A program made the position numbers and the translations under genes. A model generated the notes under the pieces. That model worked only from the letters and a program-made list of their open reading frames with translations, searched no databases and was not told where the DNA came from. This document shows positions 35,585-46,703 of a stretch of 64,000 bases of DNA, one piece after another. Location: the NCBI GenBank assembly GCA_964576005.1, contig CAZNTM010000001.1:3711-67710 (forward strand), read 5' to 3'. The DNA is from an uncultured Gammaproteobacteria bacterium (GTDB lineage: Bacteria > Patescibacteriota > Patescibacteriia > JACRJV01). Numbering within the stretch: the first letter of the stretch is position 1; every line of letters begins with the position of its first letter.

Positions 35585-37438
35585 ATGTGTGGCATTGCTG
35601 GGTTTATCACACGAGCGGGCACCAAGGCTCGTCCAGAGGATCTCAAGGCGATGACGGATCGCATGGTGCACCGCGGTCCGGATGATGAGGGGTTTTTCAC
35701 CGATGGTCGGGTCGGCTTGGGGATGCGCCGGCTCGCGATTATTGATGTTGCTGGCGGGCATCAACCAATGAGCAACGAAGACGGAACAATGACCGTGGTC
35801 TTTAATGGAGAGATCTATAATTACCGCGAATTGCAGTCAGCCTTAGAGGGAAAGGGCCATCATTTTCAGACCTCGAGTGACACGGAAGTTATTGTCCATG
35901 CCTACGAGCAGTATGGTCGAGACTGTCTCCGCTATTTTAACGGTATGTTTGCTTTTGCGCTCTACGATGGCCGGCAGAAAGCGCTTTGGCTTGTGCGCGA
36001 TCGTCTCGGCATTAAACCGTTGTATTACGGAGGGAGCGACAGCGCGTTTTTTTTTAGCTCCGACCTTGGAGCGTTCCCTTGGCCGCTTCGTCAACGCGTG
36101 AATCGTGATGCCCTCATTGCGTATTTTGGTCATGGCTATGTTCCAACCCCACAGACGATCTATGCCGGAGTTCGCAAGCTTCCTCCTGGCCATTCCTTGT
36201 GGGTGAACAATGGAACGTCAACGCTCCATCGGTACTGGGATATACCAGCGTTTGAAACCGCATTCATCTCGGCCGTCCAAGCCGAAGAACAGCTTCGGGG
36301 TCTTCTGGAAGACGCCGTTTCGTTACAGTTACGAAGCGACGTGCCATTGGCGGTCATGCTCTCCGGCGGGCTTGACAGCAGTGCAATTACCGCGATGGCA
36401 GCGGAGCATGCTGGGCAGCCGGTCACCACGTTCACGATCCGTTTTACCGGCAAGGGCGGAGCTGATCACACCTTCGCTCGCTCGGTTGCGGATCGCTACC
36501 GCACTCATCACCACGAAATTCCAGTGGCTCCTGATGACTTGCTCTCTGGTCTTGACGCCATCATTGCGATGTTGGATGAGCCAGTGGCAGATTCCGCTCT
36601 GGTCCCAACCTTTCTCATTTCCAAAGCAGCGCGTGAGCAGGGGATTCGCGTGCTCTTAAGCGGCGCGGGGGGCGACGAAGTGTTTGGGGGCTACCGACGA
36701 CATTTTTCGCCACGTCTCGGCGCTCCGGCCTGGTGGGCCGAGCATCTTCCCGAGTCGTTGCGCGCTCCCGTTGCCCGAGCGTGGGCCAGGGTTCAGCCGC
36801 ACCGCGGATTTCGCGTGCTCGATCCTCGCATTGCGTATCGTACCCAAGTTTTTGGCGCTGATCTTGGGTTCTACCAACAGGCGTTGACGCCAAGCGTGTT
36901 CACTCAACTTCTTCAAGAACTTAAAAACTCCACGGCGATAGGGAGGGGAGCGGGCGGGCCACGGAGCTATTCTTATAAACGGATGTATGCCGACCTCAAC
37001 GAATATCTGCTTGATAACATTTTATCGCTCTCGGATAAGGCGACCATGGCGGCCTCGATTGAAGGTCGGGTTCCGTTACTCGATCATCGCATTGTGGAGT
37101 TCGCTTTTGCATTGCCTCAAGAGATAAATTTACTTCGTGGATCAGCAAAGGGTTTGTTTAAGGAAACGATACGTTCGTTGCTGCCGGCCGACCTGTTAGC
37201 GCGCCAGAAAGAAGGATTTAATGCGCCAATCGCCTCATGGATGGATCAGGAATTTTTCGGCAAACTTAAAGAAGAGCTCACCATGTCGCTATCGCCGACA
37301 CTCGTTGAACTCCTTGATGTTGATACACTTCGTCGGGTGTTCGATCAGCCGCCTGCCCAGCCTTTTCTTTCCAACACGCTCTTTGCGCTCTATGTCTTCA
37401 ATCGTTGGGAGCGTACTCACCCCATCACGGTCTCGTAG
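35585..37438 (+). CDS. Asparagine-synthetase-family glutamine amidotransferase (AsnB/PseA/WbpG-like)
   Basis: N-terminal MCGIAGF (class II GATase Cys2) and SGGLDSS PP-loop. Start ATG 35585. Confidence 0.75.
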   Translation: MCGIAGFITRAGTKARPEDLKAMTDRMVHRGPDDEGFFTDGRVGLGMRRLAIIDVAGGHQPMSNEDGTMTVVFNGEIYNYRELQSALEGKGHHFQTSSDTEVIVHAYEQYGRDCLRYFNGMFAFALYDGRQKALWLVRDRLGIKPLYYGGSDSAFFFSSDLGAFPWPLRQRVNRDALIAYFGHGYVPTPQTIYAGVRKLPPGHSLWVNNGTSTLHRYWDIPAFETAFISAVQAEEQLRGLLEDAVSLQLRSDVPLAVMLSGGLDSSAITAMAAEHAGQPVTTFTIRFTGKGGADHTFARSVADRYRTHHHEIPVAPDDLLSGLDAIIAMLDEPVADSALVPTFLISKAAREQGIRVLLSGAGGDEVFGGYRRHFSPRLGAPAWWAEHLPESLRAPVARAWARVQPHRGFRVLDPRIAYRTQVFGADLGFYQQALTPSVFTQLLQELKNSTAIGRGAGGPRSYSYKRMYADLNEYLLDNILSLSDKATMAASIEGRVPLLDHRIVEFAFALPQEINLLRGSAKGLFKETIRSLLPADLLARQKEGFNAPIASWMDQEFFGKLKEELTMSLSPTLVELLDVDTLRRVFDQPPAQPFLSNTLFALYVFNRWERTHPITVS

Positions 37439-37445
37439 ATCGCCT

Positions 37446-38240
37446 ATGCCGAACCCCTCCATCTCTGTTGTCTCTCCTACCTATAATTCATCTCCCTTTA
37501 TCCGTGAGACCGTTGCTTCAATCTTGGAACAAACGGTACTCCCGGATGAAATGGTGTTTGCTGATGATGGATCCACTGACGGAACGCACACCATCATCCG
37601 GAAGATGATGATCGGTCGAGCCGCGCCAACCCTGCAGGTACTCTCCAACCCCCATCGCGGTCCAGGAGCAGCGCGCAACGCCGCGGTTCTGGCAGCAACA
37701 GGGGAGTGGATTGCGTTTTTAGATTCTGATGATCGCTGGGAGCCAATCAAAATCGAACGCATCCGTGAGGCCATCACTACGCACCCCAACGCTAATTTTT
37801 TCTGTCACAATCAGCACCATCGTCGCCGTGACGGGTCAATCGAACTCCTCGACCTTGCGTCACAGTATCGGTCAGATATTGCGCTCCCGCGTCAGCTTTT
37901 TCGAGTCTGTCTCTTCGCCACTTCTGCAGTGATCTGCCGACGCGATCTTTTATTGACGCATGGACTATTTGACGAATCATTACCTTCGGCCCAAGATTAT
38001 GAACTCTGGCTGCGACTTGCTCCACATCTGCGTGTTCAGTTTGTGAGCGAAGCGTTGGGCTGGTATATTGAGCGGCCGGGGAGCATTTCATCTACGAGTC
38101 GTTGGCGGCATTTTGCTAATGTGATGAGAGCATTGACACGGAATCGCCGAAATACTCTACCGCGATGGTACTGGGCCGGTATGCTTCGCCACAGCGGCGC
38201 TTTTGCGAAACATCGGATTGAACGATATTTTCGCGTCTAA
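37446..38240 (+). CDS. GT2-family glycosyltransferase
   Basis: ISVVSPTYNSSPFI...FADDGSTDGT and DSDD motifs. ATG 37446. Confidence 0.7.
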   Translation: MPNPSISVVSPTYNSSPFIRETVASILEQTVLPDEMVFADDGSTDGTHTIIRKMMIGRAAPTLQVLSNPHRGPGAARNAAVLAATGEWIAFLDSDDRWEPIKIERIREAITTHPNANFFCHNQHHRRRDGSIELLDLASQYRSDIALPRQLFRVCLFATSAVICRRDLLLTHGLFDESLPSAQDYELWLRLAPHLRVQFVSEALGWYIERPGSISSTSRWRHFANVMRALTRNRRNTLPRWYWAGMLRHSGAFAKHRIERYFRV

Positions 38241-38252
38241 GGCTCACGAATT

Positions 38253-39773
38253 ATGCCCGGGTATTCACTCCTGGAGTTGAGTCGGTACTCCTACTTCACG
38301 CTTCAAGAGATTAATCTCTACCCTTACCTCGCATGGGCGTTTTATATTATCTTGCTGGTGTTGACCCCGTTTCTTTTTCAACGTCCGCGGTTGTTGTTCA
38401 TCCTGTTTCTTGCGTCGCTTCCGTTTGAGGCGGGACTCCTGCTTGACGTTGGATTTTTTATTCGGCCGAGTTATGTGCTCGGGATGCTTTTCATCATCAA
38501 GACATTTTTTTGCGGGATTCATTTTCCCCGTCGCGCTGTGCTGATTATCGGGGCGTTTTTTGGCTTCGCTCTGCTTTCTCTTTTGTTGAATCTCGATCTC
38601 ATCGGTCGTTTTGTCGGAATGGAAACTCGCGCTACTGTCTACCGACCACTGCTCCAACTTGGCCAGCTTTCTACCATGCTGTTGGTGATGGTGTCGGTTT
38701 ATACATTACTCAAGCGGGATACGCTCTTCCCGCAAGCGGTGCGAGTGATGCATTGGGTGTCCGTTACTGTGGCACTCTATGCCATTTGGGAAGTGACCGC
38801 GATCTACCTCCATTTGCCGTACCTTAATCTCAATAATCATCTTCCCGAATTTTGGTACATTAAGTTCGGCATTCCCAATGGCCCGCTTATTTTTCGTCCC
38901 CGCGTCACATTTATTGAGCCGATTGAGCTGAATAATTTTTTGCTTTTTGGCATCACGTGTTCGCTGATCTACCGTCTCGTCTACAACCGGCGTGGGTGGC
39001 GATACTGGCTCACCCTTGCTGTTCAACTTATTCCGTTATTTGGAGCCTTTTCACGTTCGACGTTATTGACCTTGTTTGTGCTCGTACCCGTGTTCACGTT
39101 TTTTTACCCCCGCACCGGCGCTCGTGGCCCTGTAAAATTTTTTACCCGACAGAGCGTTCGGATGACGACCGTGGTTTTATTTATGTTTATTTTGTTTCGG
39201 GCATTCACCTTGACCCCGGAAGCGTACGAGAGCGTTGGCACGGTAAGTTCAATTCTCTATAGCAGGTTCGCTCGTTTTCATTCCATCTCCATCGGTGCTG
39301 AACTAAGCATCTTAGGTCGCACGGGGGCACTGGAAGAGGCGCAGTTGCTTGCTCGTGATGGGAGGATTTGGTTCGGGGTTGGGCCGGGTAACGAAGTGAG
39401 TTGGTGGGGAGGGACCGGATCATTCTACTCGCTCTACAGTCAACTGGTCATGAACTTTGGTCTGGTCGGGCTCACGATTTTTTTGTTTTTTGTCGGACAG
39501 GTCCTCTCGCGCCTACTCATCAACGCATGGCGTCGGAACTGGGACATCCATGGTCGTCAGGCGCAATGGATTTTCTTTATCGGACTTTCTGCGATATTAG
39601 TTCAACGTCTCGCTTTTCCCGGTCTCTTAACTGACACGTACTTCTGGGTGGCGCTCGCCTTTGCGATGTACGTGGGTCACTACCCGGTGAGACGTTCGAT
39701 CGCGTTGCCAGAACGAAAAACACTTCATGCGCAAACGCATGAGGTGTTTCCCTCGCCGGTGGTTTTGCCTTGA
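38253..39773 (+). CDS. Polytopic membrane protein, O-antigen polymerase/ligase-like (Wzy_C-type)
   Basis: ~12 TM helices with a large periplasmic loop near the C-terminal third; position in glycan locus. Confidence 0.45.
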   Translation: MPGYSLLELSRYSYFTLQEINLYPYLAWAFYIILLVLTPFLFQRPRLLFILFLASLPFEAGLLLDVGFFIRPSYVLGMLFIIKTFFCGIHFPRRAVLIIGAFFGFALLSLLLNLDLIGRFVGMETRATVYRPLLQLGQLSTMLLVMVSVYTLLKRDTLFPQAVRVMHWVSVTVALYAIWEVTAIYLHLPYLNLNNHLPEFWYIKFGIPNGPLIFRPRVTFIEPIELNNFLLFGITCSLIYRLVYNRRGWRYWLTLAVQLIPLFGAFSRSTLLTLFVLVPVFTFFYPRTGARGPVKFFTRQSVRMTTVVLFMFILFRAFTLTPEAYESVGTVSSILYSRFARFHSISIGAELSILGRTGALEEAQLLARDGRIWFGVGPGNEVSWWGGTGSFYSLYSQLVMNFGLVGLTIFLFFVGQVLSRLLINAWRRNWDIHGRQAQWIFFIGLSAILVQRLAFPGLLTDTYFWVALAFAMYVGHYPVRRSIALPERKTLHAQTHEVFPSPVVLP

Positions 39774-39777
39774 GCGT

Positions 39778-40806
39778 TTACGACGTTCGTTCGGTACGTG
39801 CTGCTTGGATTTCTGGGAGTGTTTTGAGTAATGCAATCATTGCATCCATCCCCAATATTTGCGTATTCTCTGAAGTATATCCATCGGCGTTCTTGTCAAG
39901 TTTCATCCCACGGCTGAAGTATCGCTCGTAATCAAGTTCACGGCTTTCCGGTACGATGCGGAAGTAATCCCCGCGGTCTTCGAACCGGGCCATTTCTTCG
40001 GCCGAGACGAGCGTTTCGTGGGTTTTTTCACCAGCGCGCACGCCGATGATTTCAACCTCGTGCTGGTCATGAAAAATCCGTTGGAGCGCTTCCGCGAGCG
40101 TGCCAATGGTCGTTGCTGGGGCTTTCCGTACAAAAAGATCGCCTTGGATGCCGTGCGTGAACGCATACAACACGAGGTCAACAGAATGGGTGAGGGGGAG
40201 CATGAAACGCGTCATCTTTGGATTGGTGACGGTGAGCCTTTCACCGCGGAGAATTTTTTCGACAAACAACGGAATCACCGAGCCCCGCGTGTACATCACG
40301 TTGCCGTAGCGAACGCCGCAAAAAACGGTGCGGTTGTGTGAGAGCTGGGCGTGCGCGATCATTGTTTTTTCCATAAGGGCCTTCGACATGCCCATGGCGT
40401 TAATGGGGTACACCGCTTTGTCGGTGGAGAGGATGACGACGCGTTCCACATGGGCCTCCATGGCCGCCTGCATGACGTGAGCGCTCCCAAGGATATTCGT
40501 TTTCACAAGTTCAAGCGGAAAAAATTCTCCCGTCGGGACCTGTTTTAATGCGGCGGCATGGAAGACGAGATTCACCCCCCGCATGGCGAGCGCCACACTG
40601 TCGCGATCACGAACATCGCCGATCTGAAACTCTAAACGCCGATCGGTATGCGCGTTGCGCATGTCAAATTGCTTTTTTTCGTCACGACTGAAGATAGTAA
40701 TTTTACTCGGTTCCATGGCAAGCAGGCGGTCGACGACCGTGCTCCCGAACGAGCCGGTGCCGCCGGTAATGAGAATGCTTTTTCCTCGGATCGCTTCTGC
40801 TGACAT
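39778..40806 (-). CDS. UDP-GlcNAc 4,6-dehydratase family (PseB/LegB/CapD-like, polysacc_synt_2)
   Basis: KSILITGGTGSFGSTVV N-terminus, short-chain fold, ~340 aa. Confidence 0.7.
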   Translation of the reverse strand: MSAEAIRGKSILITGGTGSFGSTVVDRLLAMEPSKITIFSRDEKKQFDMRNAHTDRRLEFQIGDVRDRDSVALAMRGVNLVFHAAALKQVPTGEFFPLELVKTNILGSAHVMQAAMEAHVERVVILSTDKAVYPINAMGMSKALMEKTMIAHAQLSHNRTVFCGVRYGNVMYTRGSVIPLFVEKILRGERLTVTNPKMTRFMLPLTHSVDLVLYAFTHGIQGDLFVRKAPATTIGTLAEALQRIFHDQHEVEIIGVRAGEKTHETLVSAEEMARFEDRGDYFRIVPESRELDYERYFSRGMKLDKNADGYTSENTQILGMDAMIALLKTLPEIQAARTERTS

Positions 40807-40818
40807 ACGTTCCTTTTC

Positions 40819-41938
40819 TCAAACGCCCTTGTACCAGACCGTTCGATTCACGTAATCAATGTAGCTCAAAATGGTACGAACAACCATCGTGGAGACGCTG
40901 ACGGTATCATAATCGGGAATGATCCGCAGTCCGGTTGGATTCTTTTCGTACTGCGCGCGGACAACCGCAATGGCATGAAGGACATTCGCGGGCTTCAACC
41001 CAGACATGATCAGCGTGCCTTCATCAACGCCTTCTGGTCGTTCATGGGCTTGGCGGATGGTAATGGCGGGGAATTTGAGGAGCGTTGATTCTTCGGTGAT
41101 TGTGCCGCTATCAGAGACCACGCAGTAGGCATTTCGTTGTAGGGTAACGTAGTCGAAGAAACCGAGAGGTTTCATGAACTGGATCATAGGCTGCTCCATC
41201 GTCCAACCGACCGCCTCGAGGCGTTTGCGGGTGCGCGGGTGGGTGCTGACAATGATTGGTTTTTGGTGGATCTCGACGATGGCTTTGAGTGCGCTTAAGA
41301 AATCTTGGAAATCGGTATCACTGTCAATGTTTTCCTGTCGGTGCGCGCTCACCACAAAGTATTCGGATGGTTTGAGCTTCAAGCGTTGGAGCACATCGGA
41401 GCGTTCGATCTGGGGGAGATAGTGCGTGAGTACTTCTTTCATCGGCGATCCGGTTTTAAATACCGTCTCGGGCCGTATGCCTTCAGCAAGAAGATAGCGG
41501 CGAGCGTGTTCGCTAAAGGTCATGTTGATGTCGCTCGTGTGATCAACAATTTTTCGGTTGATCTCTTCTGGCACACGGCTGTCGAAGCATCGGTTGCCAG
41601 CTTCCATGTGAAAGATGGGAATGTGGCGATGTTTTGCAGGTATAACGGAGAGGCAACTATTGGTATCGCCTAAAATAAGCAGCGCGTCGGGGTTGACTTC
41701 GGAGAGGACGCGATCAATGGCGATAATCACTTTTCCAATGGTCTCGGCAGTGGTGGTGCCGGCGGCCTCAAGAAAGTAGTCTGGTTTACGCACGCCAAGC
41801 TCGTCAAAAAAAATCTGATTCAACTCGTAGTCGTAGTTCTGACCCGTATGAACGAGGACATGGCGGACGTGAGCATCGAGCTCCGCCATCACTCGCGAGA
41901 GCTTGATAATCTCTGGACGCGTGCCGACGACGGTCATG
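40819..41938 (-). CDS. Non-hydrolysing UDP-GlcNAc 2-epimerase family (WecB-like)
   Basis: MTVVGTRPEIIKL start (internal Met of ORF 40819..42045), ...HTGQNYDYELNQIFF...GDTNS...HMEAGNR motifs. Confidence 0.7.
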
Positions 41939-42041
41939 ATGCATGGTGGATTGTTTGGCATAACGATACGTGTTATGTGGTCTGCTGCTTTTAAAAAATT
42001 AGGAGCTTGCTCGCCATCATAACAACCCAGCTTGATGGGCG

Positions 42042-43199
42042 TCAACCAGCGTGAGTGCCGGAGTGTGCTGCAGCCTCTGCTAAACAGGAAACGAGCAACT
42101 CAACATTGTCATCCCAGGAAAAGACGGCAGCGCGCCCCAGGGACCGGGCGGATTCCGTATGCCGCTGCTCGCTGCTCCAGCGCAACACGGATTGCATCTC
42201 CCGGGCGAGTGAGGCCGCGTCCCCCGGTGGATAGTAGTGCGCGCTGTTGCCGTAGACTTCCGGCAGCGGAGGATTGTCCGCAGCAATCGAGGGGCAGCCG
42301 TTCGCCATGGCGTCCATCGCAACCAGTCCAAATGATTCTACTCGGCTTGTCATCAGGAATGCTCGAGCATGATTGTAGCACCACGAGAGTTCCGCGGGAT
42401 TCAAGATTCCGAGCCAGCACACCGAATTTCCAAGCCTCGCGCCTGCGATCGCAGATCGGATTCGCCGCTGATACCACCGGAGCGCTCTTGGTTCATTTCC
42501 GGCAATCGCCAGGCGAGCCAACACCGCGTGCTGTTTCAAGAGACGAAGCGCTTCGATGATATCCTCAATACCTCGGTATCGCTGCATACACCCTGCAGTA
42601 AAGAAAAAATCTTCTTTCCACGCTTCGGGGAATCGCTGCGGTTTTTTTGGCTCTCTCTCGAACGGCGCGGGTCGGCCGTAGTGGGCGATGGTGATGTGAT
42701 CTCTTTTTATTGCAAAACGATCCGTTAAAGCCTCTTCGGCAAAATGTGACGGCACCACAACCCGTGCGGCACGTCGGCATGCGATACGCGCGTGAAAGCG
42801 TAAGAGCAGATAACGCAGTCGTTCAATCGGCGTCGTTGTCCATGTCGGTCTTACCAAATGGCTCATATTTTGCAGCATGACCACCACGGGGGTTTCTCCG
42901 ATCTCGAGCCATCGCTCCACAGGAAAAAAAATAACATCAGGAGCAAACTGTTTGACGGTGCTGACCAACCCACGTCCCGGGGAGAGAGAGAGTAAGGGAA
43001 TCGCTTCCGAATCAACGATCGTAAGTTTGGTTGACGGCTTCACCCACTCGCTCAAGCGCCAGAGTTTTGGTACGGCGCACAACACTCCGGTAATTTTCGG
43101 ATGGGCGACGAAGCGCGGTAGGACATTCGTGAGGTAGACGCGGTAGCCTCCACTGATACCTCCACGAGTTGTTGCGGGATGAACCAGCGCTACGCGCAT
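42042..43199 (-). CDS. GT4-family glycosyltransferase
   Basis: ...TSRVESFGLVAMDAMANGCPSIAAD GT4 motif. Confidence 0.7.
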   Translation of the reverse strand: MRVALVHPATTRGGISGGYRVYLTNVLPRFVAHPKITGVLCAVPKLWRLSEWVKPSTKLTIVDSEAIPLLSLSPGRGLVSTVKQFAPDVIFFPVERWLEIGETPVVVMLQNMSHLVRPTWTTTPIERLRYLLLRFHARIACRRAARVVVPSHFAEEALTDRFAIKRDHITIAHYGRPAPFEREPKKPQRFPEAWKEDFFFTAGCMQRYRGIEDIIEALRLLKQHAVLARLAIAGNEPRALRWYQRRIRSAIAGARLGNSVCWLGILNPAELSWCYNHARAFLMTSRVESFGLVAMDAMANGCPSIAADNPPLPEVYGNSAHYYPPGDAASLAREMQSVLRWSSEQRHTESARSLGRAAVFSWDDNVELLVSCLAEAAAHSGTHAG

Positions 43200-44053
43200 A
43201 TGCGTGATACGTCTTTTGGATTGGAAACTTTAGTGGCAACGAGAAAAATTCGTTCAAGCGGGAAGCGCCGCTCGCGGATCGTTGTGGTGATTCGGTGGAA
43301 GAGCTTGTATGGGCTTTGCCAATACACCCGTGCTGCATTCCGCAGCAAGAACGAGGTTGGAAAGAGTTGTGGCAAGACGCGCCCTGATTTCCGAAAGGGA
43401 TTTCCCCAACAGAGCGCTTGGGGCCGCTCTTGAGTTTTTTCAACGTGGGTGATATCGAATCCACTTTTTTTGACGAGCGCTGTGATACTTGTCTCGGTGA
43501 AATCATGAAGATGAAAGGGATTGATATCCATGGTTTGAGAAACCGGAACGGTGAGCAGCAAGAGACCGCCAGGATGCAAGCTTGCATGAATGCTCTCTAG
43601 TAATTTTTCCGGCTTCACAACATGTTCGGCAGTTTCAAACGTCACTACATAATCAATCGGCGGAGAAACGAGTGGTGTGTCATCTGCCACGAGGTCGAGA
43701 TTGCATTGCCTCCACTCGATATTCGCAGTATCAGCGCAGAGATCTTTTGCTTGTGCGATGCGTTCGGGCACAATCTCGATGCCGATGACGTGTTGAGAGT
43801 GTCGTGCCAGGACGCGTGTTCCAAGCCCAATTCCGCAGGCCACATCAATACCGCGCCCCTGTGGGGGTAAAAATGGGATGCATATCTTGTAACGATCTTC
43901 GGCTTCGCGTACTTTCTCCCATGGGAGGTTCATTTTTTGATAGAAGAACTCACCCGTGCGACTGCAGTACTCAGGAGTGTAGGGAATTGTTTTTTCCTCT
44001 CTTGTGTCCATAGACGGTGGTATTGAACGATTGTATGGGAACGCGGCAGTCAT
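43190..44053 (-). CDS. Class I SAM-dependent methyltransferase
   Basis: IDVACGIGLGT motif I. Start placed at Met 44053, preceded by AAGGAGG RBS. Confidence 0.6.
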   Translation of the reverse strand: MTAAFPYNRSIPPSMDTREEKTIPYTPEYCSRTGEFFYQKMNLPWEKVREAEDRYKICIPFLPPQGRGIDVACGIGLGTRVLARHSQHVIGIEIVPERIAQAKDLCADTANIEWRQCNLDLVADDTPLVSPPIDYVVTFETAEHVVKPEKLLESIHASLHPGGLLLLTVPVSQTMDINPFHLHDFTETSITALVKKSGFDITHVEKTQERPQALCWGNPFRKSGRVLPQLFPTSFLLRNAARVYWQSPYKLFHRITTTIRERRFPLERIFLVATKVSNPKDVSRICA

Positions 44054-44113
44054 GTCTAGCCTCCTTGCCTTGACGCAGAGACCAATGATATTGTTGCGAC
44101 GGACGGTATTGTT

Positions 44114-45337
44114 ATGCGCGTGCTCATCGTCACTCATTACTTTTGGCCAGAAGTTTTTCGTATCAACGACTTTGCTCGTGGGCTCAAAGCTCGAGGGCAC
44201 GAGGTTGTGGTGTTAACGACGATGCCGAACTATCCCAAAGGCGTCCGGTTCCCTGGCTATGGCTGGTTTCGTCCGCGCCGTGAGATGTTCGATGGAGATA
44301 TTCCGGTGTTCCGTGCTCCGCTCGTGACCCGCGGCAGCAGATCGCCAGCCTGGCGCCTCGCGTTGAGCTATCTTACTGCGACCGTGAGCGCCTCATTCGT
44401 TGGCCTACTCTTTATTCGCGGCCGCATTGATCGCGTATTTATCTACCAACCATCACCAATCACTACCGCAATTCCTGGCATCCTCTTTGGGAAGCTTCGT
44501 CGTGTACCAACGATGCTGTGGGTGCAAGATCTCTGGCCCGAGAGCTTATCAGCGACCGGGTACGTTAAAAATCCCATTGCGCTGCGGATGGTTGGGCAAC
44601 TCGTCAGTTGGATTTATCGGCATTGCACGCAGATCATGGTTCAATCCGAGGGGTTTGTTGAGCGCGTCATTGCCCGTGGAGCGCCAGCAGAGCGCGTGCG
44701 ATATTTCCCCAACTGGGCCGAGGATTTCTACCAGACATTGGATGTTCCAGCTGACGCGCTCGAGCGCCGTGAGCTGCCAGAAGGGTTTCGTATCGTGTTC
44801 GCTGGCAATATTGGTACTGTTCAAGATTTTCCAAGCATTCTTCGTGCCGCAGAGATTCTCCAAAAGAGCAATCCAGAAATTCGTTTCGCAATTTTCGGTG
44901 ATGGTAGTGTGCGCTCATGGGTTGAGTCCGAGATTCGCAGTCGCGGTCTGGAGCAAACTGTTGTGCTCCTTGGGTCACGCCCTGCGAAAGCAATGCCGCG
45001 ATACTTTGCGTGCGCTGATGCCCTCCTCGTGACATTAACGCGTGATCCGATTTTTGCGTTGACGATTCCGGGGAAATTGCAGTCGTATCTTGCCTGCGGT
45101 AAGCCCATTGTCGCATCATTGGAAGGTGAAGGAGCGCGAGCGGTTGAAAGCGCCCAGGCCGGGCTTGTCGCCGTTCCAGAGGATGCCGAATCACTTGCGC
45201 GCACAATACGCGCCATGGCAGCACTCTCATCAGAAGATCGCGCGCTCATGGGTCGGCGTGCTCGTCAATACTATGAGCAAGTGTTTGATCGTGATATGCT
45301 GCTTGAACAACTTGAGTCGTGGATGAAAACGATATGA
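44114..45337 (+). CDS. GT4-family glycosyltransferase, WbuB-like
   Basis: MRVLIVTHYFWPE N-terminus characteristic of WbuB-type GT4 enzymes; C-terminal GT-B half. Confidence 0.7.
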   Translation: MRVLIVTHYFWPEVFRINDFARGLKARGHEVVVLTTMPNYPKGVRFPGYGWFRPRREMFDGDIPVFRAPLVTRGSRSPAWRLALSYLTATVSASFVGLLFIRGRIDRVFIYQPSPITTAIPGILFGKLRRVPTMLWVQDLWPESLSATGYVKNPIALRMVGQLVSWIYRHCTQIMVQSEGFVERVIARGAPAERVRYFPNWAEDFYQTLDVPADALERRELPEGFRIVFAGNIGTVQDFPSILRAAEILQKSNPEIRFAIFGDGSVRSWVESEIRSRGLEQTVVLLGSRPAKAMPRYFACADALLVTLTRDPIFALTIPGKLQSYLACGKPIVASLEGEGARAVESAQAGLVAVPEDAESLARTIRAMAALSSEDRALMGRRARQYYEQVFDRDMLLEQLESWMKTI

Positions 45338-46230
45338 AAACCATTGCAATTTTGGGACCGACCGGCATGTTGGGGAGCATGGTCTATAACGTGCTCAAAG
45401 AGCGCTACCAATTGGTGCTTGTGTATCGCGATGCGGAGAAATTCAAGACACTTGATGCCGTCTATGGCGGCGTTTCCTCTCACCGGAGTGTGGACTGTGA
45501 CCTTATGGATCTCTGTGCCGATTATGTAGCTGGATTTCCAACTGCGGTTCGCTCTCCCGCGCTGGAGCGTCTCGTGAAAGCGATAGGCCCTGTTGATATG
45601 GTGGTCAACTGCGCTGGGGTCATCAAACCGCATAGCACCAAAAATCCGCTTACGACGATGTTTACAAACGCGGCACTTCCGCATCTTTTAAGCGCGGTGT
45701 ACGGCCCACAGTTGATTCAGATTACCACCGACTGTGTATACAACGGTCTTGAGGGCGCTCCGTATAACGAACAGTCTATCAAGAATGCAAACGACCTCTA
45801 CGGTCTTTCAAAAGGTCTTGGCGAACCTCAAGAGCGTTCACTGGTGTTACGCACCTCGATTATTGGCCCGGAACTCGGGAGCAGTGGTCTCTCCTTTCTT
45901 TCCTGGTTTTTGGAGCAACCCGATGGCGCACAGCTTAAAGGGTTTACCAATCACCATTGGAACGGACTCACTACAAAAGTGTTTGCCGAAGTCTGTGCCC
46001 GGATTATTGATGATCGCAGCCGCTACCCCAACACCGGTTTGTTTCATATCTTCTCGACCGATATTTCCAAGTACGACATGCTCCTTAAATGCAAAGCGAA
46101 GTACGGTCGGGAAGTCACTATTGAACCAACCGAAGTGCCAACGGGCATTGACCGTCGGTTGCGAACCGTTTACGACCTCTGCAGCCAACTTGCAATTCCT
46201 TCCTTTGATGAGATGTTAGCCGTGCTGTAG
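45334..46230 (+). CDS. RmlD-like NAD(P)-dependent sugar-nucleotide reductase/epimerase (SDR)
   Basis: TIAILGPTGMLGSMV Rossmann start; ATGA start/stop overlap with upstream GT4. Confidence 0.55.
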   Translation: MKTIAILGPTGMLGSMVYNVLKERYQLVLVYRDAEKFKTLDAVYGGVSSHRSVDCDLMDLCADYVAGFPTAVRSPALERLVKAIGPVDMVVNCAGVIKPHSTKNPLTTMFTNAALPHLLSAVYGPQLIQITTDCVYNGLEGAPYNEQSIKNANDLYGLSKGLGEPQERSLVLRTSIIGPELGSSGLSFLSWFLEQPDGAQLKGFTNHHWNGLTTKVFAEVCARIIDDRSRYPNTGLFHIFSTDISKYDMLLKCKAKYGREVTIEPTEVPTGIDRRLRTVYDLCSQLAIPSFDEMLAVL

Positions 46231-46245
46231 AAAAAACATGCGGAC

Positions 46246-46377
46246 TGTGAATTACGAAACCCATTCCATTGTCATGGTGAGCTTGTCGAACCATGACGGA
46301 AAGGCCATGTATTTCGCCTCTTTCAGTCACCCTTCGACAAGCTCAGGGTGACAAAAAGGGCGTTTCGTAATTCAGAG
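46246..46377 (-). mobile_element. MITE family A, copy 3 (inverted orientation)
   Basis: Reverse complement is identical to copy 2. Flanked by TGCGGA direct repeats; preceded by ctgtagaaaaaa resembling the TIR of the related element at 60845. Confidence 0.8.
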
Positions 46378-46703
46378 TGCGGATCTAGACGGGCGCATGG
46401 GGGCGCCGGCTGCCAGATCCGCGATGGACGGTTTTGGTGGACAATTTAAAAGCAGGAGCGTAAGATGTATTTGACCGATACGGTCGTTTGTTGTTGCTGG
46501 AAACTTCCTACAGTTGGGCATGACGAGATTTACTATGGTATTTTCACGTTGCGTCATCGTGTTGCTGCTGGTTCCTCTTCCGGTCGCAGCATATATTGAT
46601 CCCGGCACCGGCAGTTACTTCTTTCAAATTTTCATTGCGGTATTTCTCAGCGCCCTCGTCTCATTTCGGGGCATCTGGGCGGCGTGCGTGCGCGGCATTC
46701 GCT

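Noticed and set aside
44054-44113. Possible divergent promoter (TTGACG … TGATAT) between methyltransferase and GT4 genes
   Set aside because: Spacing and -10 match are poor; could not be distinguished from chance.
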